Assembly: GCA_002269645.1 (NCBI GenBank)
Contig: NIVC01001294.1
Span: 123,413-187,412, forward strand
Source: Macrostomum lignano
Taxonomy: Eukaryota
Length of the DNA stretch: 64,000 bases
Direction: 5' to 3'
Below the pieces are notes generated by a model that was not told where the DNA came from, did no database searches, and was given only the letters and a program-made list of their open reading frames with translations. The first letter of the stretch is position 1. The number at the start of each line of letters is the position of its first letter. The translations under genes were made by a program, and so were the position numbers. Shown in pieces: positions 1-34,600 of this stretch.

Positions 1-392
1 AGGCTGGCCCAGCAACTGAGGATCTGGGAGGCTGGCCCAGCAACTGAGGATCTGGGAGGCTGGCCTAGCAACTGAGGATCTGTGAGGCTGGCCCAGCAAC
101 TGAGGATCTGGGAGGCTGGCCCAGCAACTGAGGATCTGGGAGGCTGGCCTAGCAACTGAGGATCTGGGAGGCTGGCCTAGCCACTGAGGATCTGTGAGGC
201 TGGCCCAGCAACTGACACTCTGGGAGGCTGGCCTAGCAACCTGACACTCTGGGAGGCTGGCCTAGCAACTGGGGATCTGCGAGGCTGGACCAGCAACTGA
301 GGATCTGGGAGGCTGTCCTAGCAACTGAAGATCTGGGAGGCTGGCCCAGCAACTGAGGATCTGGGAGGCGGACCCAGCAACTGGGGATCTGG
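1..392. repeat. 28-bp minisatellite in TMEM132 intron 2 (reverse complement of the array at 8955-9361)
   Basis: Tandem AGGCTGGCCCAGCAACTGAGGATCTGGG, about 14 copies; the array runs off the window start. Confidence 0.95.
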
Positions 393-467
393 GAGAGCCC
401 TGACAACCGACAGATGCGGGATGAGGATCCCCCAAAACAGATGGTACTAGTAATGCTAATAAAATAC

Positions 468-779
468 CTGCAGATCATTGCCCGGCTTCAGCCGCTGCTC
501 CCGGTAGACAACCCGCAGGTCGTTATCGATCTCGCGCTCAACCTGCTTAGCCGACACCACAGGCAGGCTGCCCGGCACGCTGCGCGCCTCCTCGTGTAGT
601 CGTATGGCGGAGTGGTCAGACATGTAGCAGCGGGTGTTGGCGCCCTGCAGGCTCAGATAGGCATTGTAGGTGGCCTCTACTCGCGAGACCGACCCGGTGT
701 ATTGGTGGGCCAGGCCCGCCTTCAGTATGACCGTGACGACGCACTCGTGCCGGCCGACAGGTATGGAGCAATAGCCCAC
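468..779 (-). CDS. TMEM132: TMEM132-family protein, coding exon 2
   Basis: Acceptor CAG|GTG at 779 and donor CAG|GTATTT at 468, both phase 0. Peptide VGYCSIPVGRHECVV...EREIDNDLRVVYREQRLKPGNDLQ resembles TMEM132 GSCRL..GLCVAELEL and [23 protein letters not shown] as recalled. The gene continues left of the window. Confidence 0.75.
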
Positions 780-874
780 CTGGTTGATAGGTGAATAATT
801 TCATGCTAAAGTAATTAACATTAATTGATGTTTCCAATATTTTGCCTGAAGGATAGAACCAATTATTGTCTCAT

Positions 875-1318
875 CCTCCTTAGGGCGAATGTTCCACCCT
901 CCTTAGGGCGAATGTTCCACCCTCTTTAGGGCGAATGTTCCACCCTCCTTAGGGCGAATGGCTCACCCTCCTTAGGGCGAATGTTCCACCCTCCTTAGGG
1001 CGAATGTTCCACCCTCCTTAGGGCGAATGTTCCACCCTCCTTACGGCGAATGTTCCACCCTCCTTAGGGCGAATGTTCCACCCTCCTTAGGGCGAATGTT
1101 CCACCCTCCTTAGGGCGAATGTTCCACCCTCCTTAGGGCGAATGTTCCACCCTCCTTACGGCGAATGTTCCACCCTCCTTAGGGCGAATGTTCCACCCTC
1201 CTTAGGGCGAATGGCTCACCCTCCTTATTGCGAATGTCACCCTTCTTAGGGCGGTTCTCACTTCTTTAGGGAGAATGTCTCACCCTCGTTAGGGCGAATT
1301 TCTCACTCTCCTTAGGGG
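875..1318. repeat. 23-bp minisatellite in TMEM132 intron 1
   Basis: Tandem CCTTAGGGCGAATGTTCCACCCT with degenerate distal copies. Confidence 0.95.
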
Positions 1319-1439
1319 CTTGGAGTGTACATGCATCAACTTCCCTCAAGCAAAGTTCGCTCCATTCAAAAGAAAATCTCGAGCGAGCATCTAAGCAGAC
1401 TGCTACCCAAAATCTACCCTAAAAAGCAGCCAGCCTGAC

Positions 1440-1934
1440 CTCAGTTTTACCGTCCGCCTTAGCTCGCACGTGAACCTCGAAGCACACCCTGGCGTTGCGA
1501 TTCAACCTGGCGGGCTCGGGCGTCGGGTCGATATGAGCCAGCAGGTACAGAGCCGTGTGCGATCTCGAACCCTCTGGCGGCTCCAGGTGCGAGCTGATGA
1601 AGTGCACAGACGGTTGAAAATTCACATGAGTGAGATTAATGGCGGACAGCTGATTGTGCAGGTTGCTCTGCACGTAGTGGGTGGCTGAGAATGGGCCAGA
1701 GTCCAGCCGGACCCGGGGGTTCTTAGCCAGACTGGTGATGACAAACTCGCGGGAGTCTGGGCCGCCAACTGGCTGCTGGCGAAGCTGCGGCTGCTGCTCC
1801 TTGAAGAATCCCGAGCCGATGGGCTCAACTGAGTACTTCTGGCTGGCTGAGGCGAACTCAGGACTCAAGCTCAGCAAGAGCAGCTGTGCTAGCAACAGTA
1901 GTGGCCTTGGTTGAAGTGAAAATCTGAGCTCCAT
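1440..1934 (-). CDS. TMEM132: TMEM132-family protein, first coding exon (signal peptide plus N-terminal domain)
   Basis: ATG at 1934, hydrophobic leader LLLLAQLLLLSLSPEFASA. YSVEPIGSGFFKEQQP...EFVITS...PRVRLDSGPFSATHYVQSNL parallels the TMEM132 N-domain (FFLKEANQ...ESF...PVLNASYGPFS). 495 nt, donor GAG|GTCAGG, phase 0 matches exon 2. Confidence 0.75.
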
Positions 1935-3395
1935 GCTTGCTTCTGTGCTGTTAGAAGTAACAAATCACTAGAAATCTCCAGCTGAATGTAGTGTAGCACC
2001 CTGCAGCTAGTGCCAAACTGATGACAATTTGCACTTTAGCAGAGCCTACTGTCTGCTATACAGAGCTGCAATCATAAACAATATTAATAAGTGAACTTTT
2101 TGGGCAACTTGCAGCATTGCCAAGTAATATGTATTAGCTTAGAGAATTCAAAATTGTTACTAATAAACAAAATAGTAGACAAAATGAATTTGTGAAAATA
2201 AAAGTAAACTGTAATTACATATACTATAGTATAAAGCTAACTTTTTTATGCAATTTGCAATTTATATAAAAAAGTATAATTATACTTTATTGAATATTAA
2301 GCATAAACAATAATATAATAAATACTAATATTATAACTATTTATTGAACTAATAATTGATAATGATAAATATATTGACATTGCTTTTAGTATTTTGTGTG
2401 GCAGATAAAAGGAATATATTAAGATTTTCCAAACTAAAATGTGGTAGAGACCTTGGAGCAGAAAAATTGATAGCACCAAAAACAATTATTAGCATAATAT
2501 ATAATTTTTTTATAAAGATAATAGATGTACATTTTGGCAAAAGAAAATGACCAGTTTGGCAAGACAAGTGACATTGCCATGAAATGGTCACTGCAAAAGT
2601 TTTTTGCCATTAGGGGGCCTACTGAATTTCGCCAAAAATTCCTTTGACAAAGTGGGTTGAAACCAGTCTGAATAGGCCTTGGCTGGCCTAAATTGACAAA
2701 TGAAAATTAAAAATATATTATTAGCAATCAGCAGTTTTTGAGTATTAGCAACAACAGGCAGGCACTATCAGACCAGACCTTATATATAATAAACCTTAAA
2801 ATATTATTGCATGCAAAATATAATAGGCCTAGGCATAGGCCTAACCAGAACATGAGCTGAGACTAAGGCGCATTCGCAAATAAAACTTCGTTCTTTCGCG
2901 CTTTAAAATTTGTGTTTTGTAGAAGTAAAAAATGGCTTTCAATTTACAAAAATAAAATATATATTTGAAAAAAAATTGGCAATTTATTGGCTCTGTATAT
3001 AACAATATTAAAAACTCTTTGTTCCTAAATACAGCTACATTTGTTATTGTGCGTTTTTTAGGTTTTGGATTTATTATTTTCTAAGAAACATTTGCTGAAT
3101 TGAGATAGGTGTAATTATTAAAAATCATTAAATATTGTATCAAAACCATAAATCCAGTCAAAATATGTACTCTCTAGAATATTATTTTTGCGGTAATTTA
3201 ATGAAATTGAATTCTAAATCTTTGTGCTTGTTTTAAAATAAAAATTTGGCATATCACTCAAGGGTGATTTGTGTGAATTGTGGAGTAAGTGGACGTGGAC
3301 GTTGGACTCAGTACCCAGTCATTTTGGTATCTAAATCTGGATTCTTTTTTACATATTTGATCCCTAAGAGTAGGAGTCTCAAAGTTTGAATCACC
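1935..3395. promoter_or_regulatory. Putative bidirectional promoter / 5' UTR region between divergent TMEM132 and RalGAPA start codons
   Basis: 1.46-kb AT-rich spacer between a minus-strand ATG (1934) and a plus-strand ATG (3396). The promoter role is inferred from the arrangement. Confidence 0.55.
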
Positions 3396-26244
<22,849 letters not shown>

Positions 26245-26613
26245 GGGTCTGGAGCTGATGGAGCAGTTTCCCCCTGTGCCAAAGCGCCTTGCTCTTTGCT
26301 ATCTTAATTGAGCCAACCTGGTGACCAGGTATGCTGTCTGTGGCACAAACCCGACTTGCACCGACCCGGCCTAGTTTAACTTTTCTCCGGCTTCACTCAG
26401 ATGTTTTGAGCACCTCTGTGTCCCGCGCTGAGCAGCTTTGCAAGGACTGCTGATAGAAAATGAACCGTAAATGCTTTTAAATATGCATTGCCGAGATTGC
26501 GGAAGTGCAGTTTTGCAGCACTAAATTGGCGATTTCTTACCTTACTCAAGAAGTCTACTCAAAGTAAGCACATGTTTTGTCTGAGCAAATGCTAATGGAG
26601 GCCCGGCAACAAG

Positions 26614-27348
26614 CAGGGGCGTCGCCGCCGGGGGACATGTGTCCCCCCCCCCAGTAAAAGCTATTGGGGGACATGCTAATGCTTTGTCCCCCCACCCCTC
26701 CTTGTGACCCATTATGGAAATCAATCATTTTGCTTCAGGGCGACAAAAAATAGCGCCTCCAGCGCCAAAATGAGTGTCTGCAGCGCCAAAATGAGTGCCT
26801 GCGGCGCCAAAATGAGTGCCTGCGGCGCCAAAATGAGTGCCTGCGGCGCCAAAATGAGTGCCTGCGGCGCCAAAATGAGTGCCTGCGGCGCCAAAATGAG
26901 TGCCTGTGGCGCCAAAATGAGTGCCTGCGGCGCCAAAATGAGTGCCTGTGGCGCCAAAATGAGTGCCTGCGGCGCCAAAATGAGTGCCTGTGGCGCCAAA
27001 ATGAGTGCCTGCGGCGCCAAAATGAGTGCCTTCGGCGCCAAAATGAGTGCCTTCGGCGCCAAAATGAGTGCCTGTGGCGCTAAAATGAGTGCCTGCGGCG
27101 CCAAAATGAGTGCCTGTGGCGCCAAAATGAGTGCCTGCGGCGCTAAAATGAGTGCCTGCGGCGCCAAAATGATTGTCTTATAAATGCATTCAGGCCCACC
27201 CCCAAGGGTTGCTGTGCGCTAGTCCAACTATACTAAATGTATAATATAGAATACTCATATTACTTATAGTAATGTACATGTACATGAAAAATTCTTGGCT
27301 TTGCTTGGCTTTCCCCTCCCCCCCCTAAAATCCATGGCGACGCCCCTG
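26614..27348. mobile_element. Non-autonomous hAT-type MITE with an internal 21-bp minisatellite
   Basis: 13-bp TIRs CAGGGGCGTCGCC...GGCGACGCCCCTG, flanked by 8-bp near-duplication GCAACAAG/GCAACAAA. Internal 20 x GCGCCAAAATGAGTGCCTGCG (26762-27175). No transposase. Confidence 0.82.
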
Positions 27349-29375
27349 GCAACAAAGCAAAGTTACAAGACTAACAGGTGTCCCAAAAACCTTAATTGGC
27401 TCCTGTCCTGCTTTTGATGGCACATCGCATGATCAGAGCCTGTGAGGTGCTGAAAACTGGCCTTATAATCTTGGTAATGACTTTTTAAAGCAGCATTTAT
27501 CTTTTACCAGCGGTTGTCCTTGCAGCTCTATTTATTCTCTATCGGTGTTGTACAATTTACAGTTTTACCTTTGCCTCTGGCGAATATTTCCTCTCAAACA
27601 GCTCTATAATTATATAATTAAGTAGAATGCCTACTTTTAGTAGTAGAAAGCAATAAGCTGCTAGCAGGGCTTGGCGGCCTGTCTTTCGGTTTTTCAAGCT
27701 TTACTCGGTTTGTTTTTTGTTTTTGGCTGAAAAAATAACGACAAATTGCGACGCAGACTACTTGAGTTCTTAGCAAAGCTGCTAGCTAGCTAAAATGTTT
27801 AACTAAAATGCTATTTATGTAATAATTTCCCTTCTCTGTTGTAGCTGGACTTTGAGCTGCGCGTTTGGTAAATCTTTCTAAACAACAAGTTAGTGTAATA
27901 TAATAAAAGCTTTTACTTCCAGCATGATGTCCTGCAGTTGTGCCAAATTTAGAGAATGATGACGTCATTAAAAACAATTCAAATTTAGAAATAAGCTCAC
28001 TAGTTTGCCTATACTACTACTAGCCTGAGTAGGCAGTTTAGTGAGATTTCACAGGAGACAGCAAATCAATAAGCATCTCGGCATGTTGGTGTTGTTCATT
28101 TATTGTTTATTTTATATCCTTGTTGCCTAGTTTTGTGTTGTTTTTTAGTTGTATGTTTATGAAATGCAATTTATAAATGTTGTGTTTAAAAAGACTGTCA
28201 ATGTCTTGCATTCTGTGCCTGTTGGCCACTCATGCCGCATGTCAGCTTTGCGTGTTGTATTACTAAATAGATTGGCAAATTCAGCAGTGTCTTGACTGGC
28301 CCAGTAGGAAAATTACTGCACGCGCAGAATTTGTCTACTACTAGTAGTACAAATCAATATGACCGTGCAATATGTTATGCAAATGAGTGAAATCAACTAA
28401 AAAATCACAATTGATTCGTACGGAAATCCGCAGACTTCGACCTGTCTGTCGCTCAGCGATTGCGAATGTCGTCTCGCCGGGCCGCCAAGTCGATGCGTCG
28501 CTCGGTGCCGCCTTCGATGCCGTCGTCGGTTTCCGGCTCCTTGGCTGCCGGGCTATCGAACTTGGGACCTCCGCGCAGTCCGCGCCAGTAGCAAAAAATT
28601 ATTTTTTTTATTAAGATTTTTATTAAGATTTATGTTCCAGCTTTCGTATTCATGGCACAGTCAGTCTGTTTATTTAGTAATTTTCATACGGTTATTTGTT
28701 TTGTTTGCGTGAACTCTGCTGCCGATATGTATCGAAAAGTAATTTTATAAATGGAATCTTTACGTATAGATTCGTCTGTAGAGCTGCATAAGAGCTGTGG
28801 CTTTTAATAGGACTTAAAAGTACATTATGTTCTTCTATTCAATTTTTGCAATCTAGCATAGCTTTCTCATCCCACAGGCTTTCCGAAAATTCTTTAGCAA
28901 CCCGTGCAATATGCTGTCCGCGCGTGTCACGTGACGCTGGATTGCCAATCATTTTCTACAGAATGCCTCGCGCGCATTCATGCTGTGTTCGCCTTGCATA
29001 CTTGTGATTATCTCATATTTATCTGTAAAACTTCGATCAGCAGTTGATTAATCTCTCTTCGTTTCTTCTCGGAATGCTAAAGCCATTCTGGTCGGCTAAG
29101 TCACATTAAACGGAATTTGCTCGGCTTTATTGCAGATTAACGCTCGAAGCTTGCTAAGATTTATCGGACTAACTAAATCTCAGCTTCCTTGGCTTTCATC
29201 TTTTGCCGCTGTAGCCAGATTTTAAACTGCACTTTTACGCGCACAGGCCTTCAAATCAGTGTAAAAATAATTTTTATTTGAAGCGAATGATCTAACCTCA
29301 CACGACATTTGCTGGTGGGGCAGAGCATCTTAGCACAATGAATGGACAGCCATGTACTTTTGTGGGTTAATTTTA

Positions 29376-29780
29376 CCCCCCAACCCTTCAGTGTAGGCCA
29401 CCGCTCCACCCCCCCCCCAACCCTTCAGTGTAGGCCACCGCTCCACCCCCCCCCCAACCCTTCAGTGTAGGCCACCGTTCCCCCCCCCAACCCTTCAGTG
29501 TAGGCCACCGTTCCCCCCCCCAACCCTTCAGTGTAGGCCACCGTTCCCCCCCCAACCCTTCAGTGTAGGCCACCGCTCCACCCCCCTTCAGTGTAGGCCA
29601 CCGCTTCACCCCCCCCCAACCCTTCAGTGTAGGCCACCGCTCCACCCCCACCAACATTCAATGTAGGCCACCGCTTCACCCCCCCCCCCCACCAACATTC
29701 AGTGAGGCCACCGCTCCACCCCCCCCCCCAACCCTTCAGTGTAGGCCACCGCTCTACCCCCAACCCTTCCACCGCTCTAC
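29376..29780. repeat. About 30-35-bp C-rich minisatellite
   Basis: Tandem CCCCCCCAACCCTTCAGTGTAGGCCACCGCTCCA with variable C-run length. Confidence 0.9.
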
Positions 29781-30767
29781 CCTTGACCTGCATTGAAACC
29801 CTGCCATCTTTCACGTTGTTAGCCACCACAAAGAACCCCAAAAAATGGACAATTCACAGTTTAACTTAATAAATGTTACATATTGGATGGTTCGCTCTTT
29901 CATTGTAGCGTAATTTTTTGCTGTGTAATTCATTGCCAGTGAATTTTCGGAATTCTCTTGTGGTGATTGTTTTGTTAAGCCCTTGTTAATGGCTGCCAAT
30001 GTCTCGGAAGAAAATAAATCTATTAATGAGCATCGGCGCTTCTGCAATTTCCTTACCCACAGAAGCGCGCATTATTATAAATTTGTTTAATGAACGTGAC
30101 AGCCTCTTTGACTGGAATTTCGGTTCACTTATTTGGACTTCCTGTCTTGCCTTAGTTGGCTTGCTGGTGCGGAACAGCCTCCGGCATAAATACCCTGCCA
30201 GGCTGCTGCCTCCCACACAGCGTTGCCACAAGCCAACAATATCTCAGAAATGACATCCAATCAGAAATCGAAGGCTAAAACCGGTTTGCACTACTCGACC
30301 CCGATGCGGAGCAGTAGTAGCATGTGCCGGCAGCGCAGCTCGGCACATCAGACTGAGGCGCAGGCGCCGGACGATGAATTGCACGGAATGAGGGTAAAAA
30401 GCTTTGACTGCTTGGTTGTTGCTCCTTTAGGTGCTTGGAAATTGAAGCGTACATGTTGCTCGTAGCATGCGAATGCCTTAGGTGCATGCGTAGGAGGTTA
30501 TCACATCGCTCTGCAGGTGACGGTAGACATCCTTGGCCCATATATTCGTCTTCCTTATTGCATGCAGTCAGCTGCTCAGTGAACATACTGTAGAGATCTA
30601 TGCATCCGACTCAACGCGTCAACTGCAGAGTATGTACAGGCAACTGGGTTCGAATCGCACGCCCACAAACTCTCAGTAGTTTCATAAACTACTGGTCATT
30701 TTTCTAGATTAGAGGCAGGGCCATTGTACACCCTGGCGCACTTAATTTAAGCGACATTGTGACAACT

Positions 30768-31007
30768 GGCGAGGAGGCATTGCTGCCCCTGCATTCCGCC
30801 GACTCCCCTGAGCAGGCACACAAGCATTACTTAAGCAGTCATACGCACAGGAACAAACACACAGGAGTGTACAGCGGCCCTAGCTAACTTTATTTATCGT
30901 TAGGCATGTACACTTCCCTAGCTGTGCCTTGGGGGTGCCCCTGAAAAGGCGTTTATTGCACGAGCCGAGATTCGATCCAATTTAGTCCCAAATTAATGTG
31001 AATCGAG
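30768..31007 (-). mobile_element. 5'-truncated copy of the SINE-like element at 16696-16985
   Basis: Shared blocks GCAGTCATACGCACAGG, CACACAGGAGTGTACAGCGGCCCT, TTTATTTATCGTTAGGCATGTA, TGTGCCTTGGGGGT and AAAAGGCGTT. The A box is absent. Confidence 0.75.
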
Positions 31008-31637
31008 TTTGTCAAACAGCTTTGTAGCTGTATGATGTGCATCCGGTCACAGACAAGCCCCTGACCAATATTGTGACTGTGCAATCGAGATTGGGATTAG
31101 TTTTGAATTGTGTATCAATCAACTTGCACAACCCTTGTTGCCAATCAATGGGGCCGAGAAGGGTGCAGCAGCATACCGGCTTATAGCAGTCGTTAATGAA
31201 ATCGGATTCTTACCAGGACAACTTAAGCAGAAGGACGCAACATTCGAAATCTATGGCAATTTTTTAAGGCAACTGTTCGCCGAAACACACTACGGAGATA
31301 GGAAGTTTTTTTCAGCACAAAAATTGTTATTGCTTTCGATAGGAGGCAGACCCAGTGTTCATTTTTGATATGATGTGCCTTTCTTATAGTTTTATTGATA
31401 TTTATAAAGCTTTTCGTTCAGAAAATTAGGGTTCTATGTTAATTTTTTATCCTAGGTACATTTCCTGTACATAAAAATCATAAAATGCATTGCACATGCA
31501 GTTCGAATCTTTTGTTTTATGAATCTATTTTATCATCTCTGTTACAAATATCTGTAACACAGTCAGCTAAGAATGATAAAATAGATTCATAAAACCAATG
31601 AGCAGAGCCGTGCCATTTTAATGGTTTTTAGGCACAG

Positions 31638-34600
31638 TGTCGCAGACAGACCGAATTAAGTTGTCTATGACCTTAGCTTTATGTCTTTATAAGCTAAATA
31701 TACGAGAGCTGCAGATACGAACTAAGCGCAGCACAGACGGCTATGCCGTAATCTAACATTCATACCCAAAACATAACATGGTGTCAGAGGAAACCGTAAA
31801 AGTGCAACTTCAATTCGAGCTCCACTAAAGCATACATATGGCTGATTCTGGAAGCCTAAAGCCGCCTGCACCATTTTCCTTTGATGAAAACAAAGCCGAG
31901 AAATGGCGAAAGTGGATCAACGGTTTCAAACTATTCCTCACGGCGACTAAGAGAGAAAAAGAGGCCGACGAGGTCAAGACAGCAATTCTCCTCACGGCAT
32001 TGGGTGAACAAGGTCGAGATATTTACGATACGCTAGATTTGACTGAAGGTAATTCATTCGACCAAATTGTTGCCGCATTTGAGAAATTCTGCAAGCCGCT
32101 GGACTGTGAAACATTCGAAAGATACAAGTTCAGAATGCGCACACAGCAGCAATTCGAAGAATTCGATCACTATCTTGGCGAGCTGCGAACACTCATAAAA
32201 CAATGCAATTTTGCAAAGCCAATGGCATCCGAAACAATCGAAAATGCAATTCTAAGAGACCAAATCGTGTATGGAGTGCACAATCCTTCGGTCAGGGAGA
32301 GGCTATTGGAACAGGACAAGCTGACGCTCGAGAAGGCAATCGCATTGTGTCGAGCATGTGAAGCATCCAAAGTGCAAGCACAGAAAATGATCGGTAAGGC
32401 GTATGAAAACCCAAGACCAAGTGTGGACACAGTTAAAAAAATGGCACCCACAGCAAAGCACCAGAGAAACCGAGTAAGAAACTCCTCCCAAGGCTCCCGC
32501 AAGGACTCGCATCAGGGCAGAACCAGTTGCAGATACTGCGGAAAACAGCACACCTTTGGTAGTAAGCACTGTCCTGCATTTGGAAAGATGTGTAGTAATT
32601 GTGGAAGAAAGAACCATTTTAAAGCCATGTGTCAGCAAAAGTTTCGAAATAACCCTACAAGACATGTCAGACTGGTAGATGAACATGATGACGAAAATGA
32701 CGAAGACACAGGAGGCAGCTTAACAAAATCATGGGCTGTATCTTCAGTTGCTAGCTCTGACCAGATGGCTGGAAATAATGAAAATAAGACCGCTCGCACG
32801 AACAGCAAGACAATCGCGAGTGTACTGGTTGAGGATCGTCAGTTGATTTCGTTTAAAATCGACACAGGAGCCGATGTTAACATTATGTCTGCAAAAAGAC
32901 TTAGGCAGATTACCAAGAAGGAATACCGAGAGGATAGAAGCACACAGTTAGTTGTGTACAACAAACAGAGGCTGACAGTTTTGGGACAAATTCAACTGCT
33001 TCTCAGACACCAGAATGAAGAAATTCAAGCAAAATTCTTTGTCATTGCTGAAGATAATATGCCATTGCTTGAGACAAATACAGCAGAGAGTCTCGGACTG
33101 ATACGGATACTGCATGCTGTTCAACAGGATGTACCGGTATCGGAAGAACCACTTACAAAGGAAGTGATTTTGAAAGAATACGCCGATGTCTTTGAAGGGC
33201 TAGGTTGTCTGCCAGGAACACACCACATAGTTTTACAGACGAACGCTGTTCCCAGAGTTCAGGGTCCAAGAAAAGTTCCGTTTGCAGCATTGAAAGCATT
33301 AAGAGATGAGCTGCATCGCCTCAGTGAGCAAGGAATGATTTCCCAGTGTTCGCACCCCACGGAGTGGGTATCCAACGTTGTGGTTGTGTGGAAGCCTGAC
33401 AGTTCTGTGCGTCTCTGTCTCGATCCGCAAAGTCTAAACGAGTTCATCATTCGAGACCGGTACCCAATTCCATCATATAATGAAATGATTAGCAAGATGA
33501 CTGGCGCAAAGTTTTTTTCAACTTTTGATGCTACAGCAGGATTTCATCAAGTAGCTTTAGATCATGAAAGCTCTCTTCTAACCGCATTTCATACACCTTT
33601 CGGAGTCTACAGGTGGAACAGACTGCCATTCGGATTGAAGGATGCTCCAGAGGCATATCAGAGAAAAATCAGAGAAGAGATCACGAGTCATGTTGCAAAC
33701 TCCGCAAACTATATTGACGATATAATCGTGTGGGGCAGAACAAGGAAAGAGCATGATGACTCGGTGAGGCAACTGCTATAGCAGTGCAAGGATAAGAATT
33801 TAAAGCTAAACAAGACCAAAGCTAAAATCGGACAGCGAGAGTTGAAATTCCTAGGACATATTCTAACCAGCGAAGGAGTCAAGATCGATCCGGAAAAGAT
33901 ACGAAGCATCAAAGACATGCCGCATCCGCACAGTTACTCCCAGATATCTGAAAAAGCCGCGCAACTACAAAGATTCATCGGCAGCGCAAACTTCTTGTCG
34001 AAGTTCATACCAAATTTCTCAGCGCTTGCTTCACCTTTGCGACAGTTACTGAAAAAAGATGTAGCGTGGAACTGGGGAAAACGGCAGGAAGAAGCATATG
34101 AAGCAATTAAGGAATCACTGTGCAAAGCTCCACTATTGGGACAATTTAACCCAGATCAGAGTGTCATTCTAAGTGTAGATGCCAGTAAAGATGGACTCGG
34201 AGCCGCTTTGATGCAAGACGGACACGTCATTGAATACGCATCGTCATCGATGACTCCTGCTCAAAAGAAATATGCTCAAATCGAAAAAGAATTCTTGGCA
34301 ATAGTCTTTGGATGTCACAGATTTCGACAATACTTATGGGGTCGGCACGTACAGGTTGAATCAGATCACAAGCCCCTGCAATTCATTATGAAAAAGCCAC
34401 TGAGTGAACTATCAGCTCGACTGCAGCGACTAGCTTTGAAAATTCAAGAATTCGATCTCAATGTGACGTATGTACCCGGAAAAGAACTATACCTTGCGGA
34501 TACACTAAGCCGCGCTTATCTCAAATCCGTACATTCATCCAATGATATTGATGATGACATTCAGTGCCAAATACTTGGAGTAGCTCGTGTATGCCTACCA

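Noticed and set aside
875-1318. TTAGGG in every unit as interstitial telomere
   Set aside because: Only one hexamer per 23-bp unit, with no (TTAGGG)n run.
30275-30586. Short minus-strand ORF with a CDNLLRMHLRHSH zinc-finger-like look
   Set aside because: Ligand spacing is incomplete, and there is no supporting splice structure or recognisable family.
30640-30665. GGTTCGAATC B box as a tRNA gene
   Set aside because: No A box at proper spacing and no cloverleaf could be drawn.
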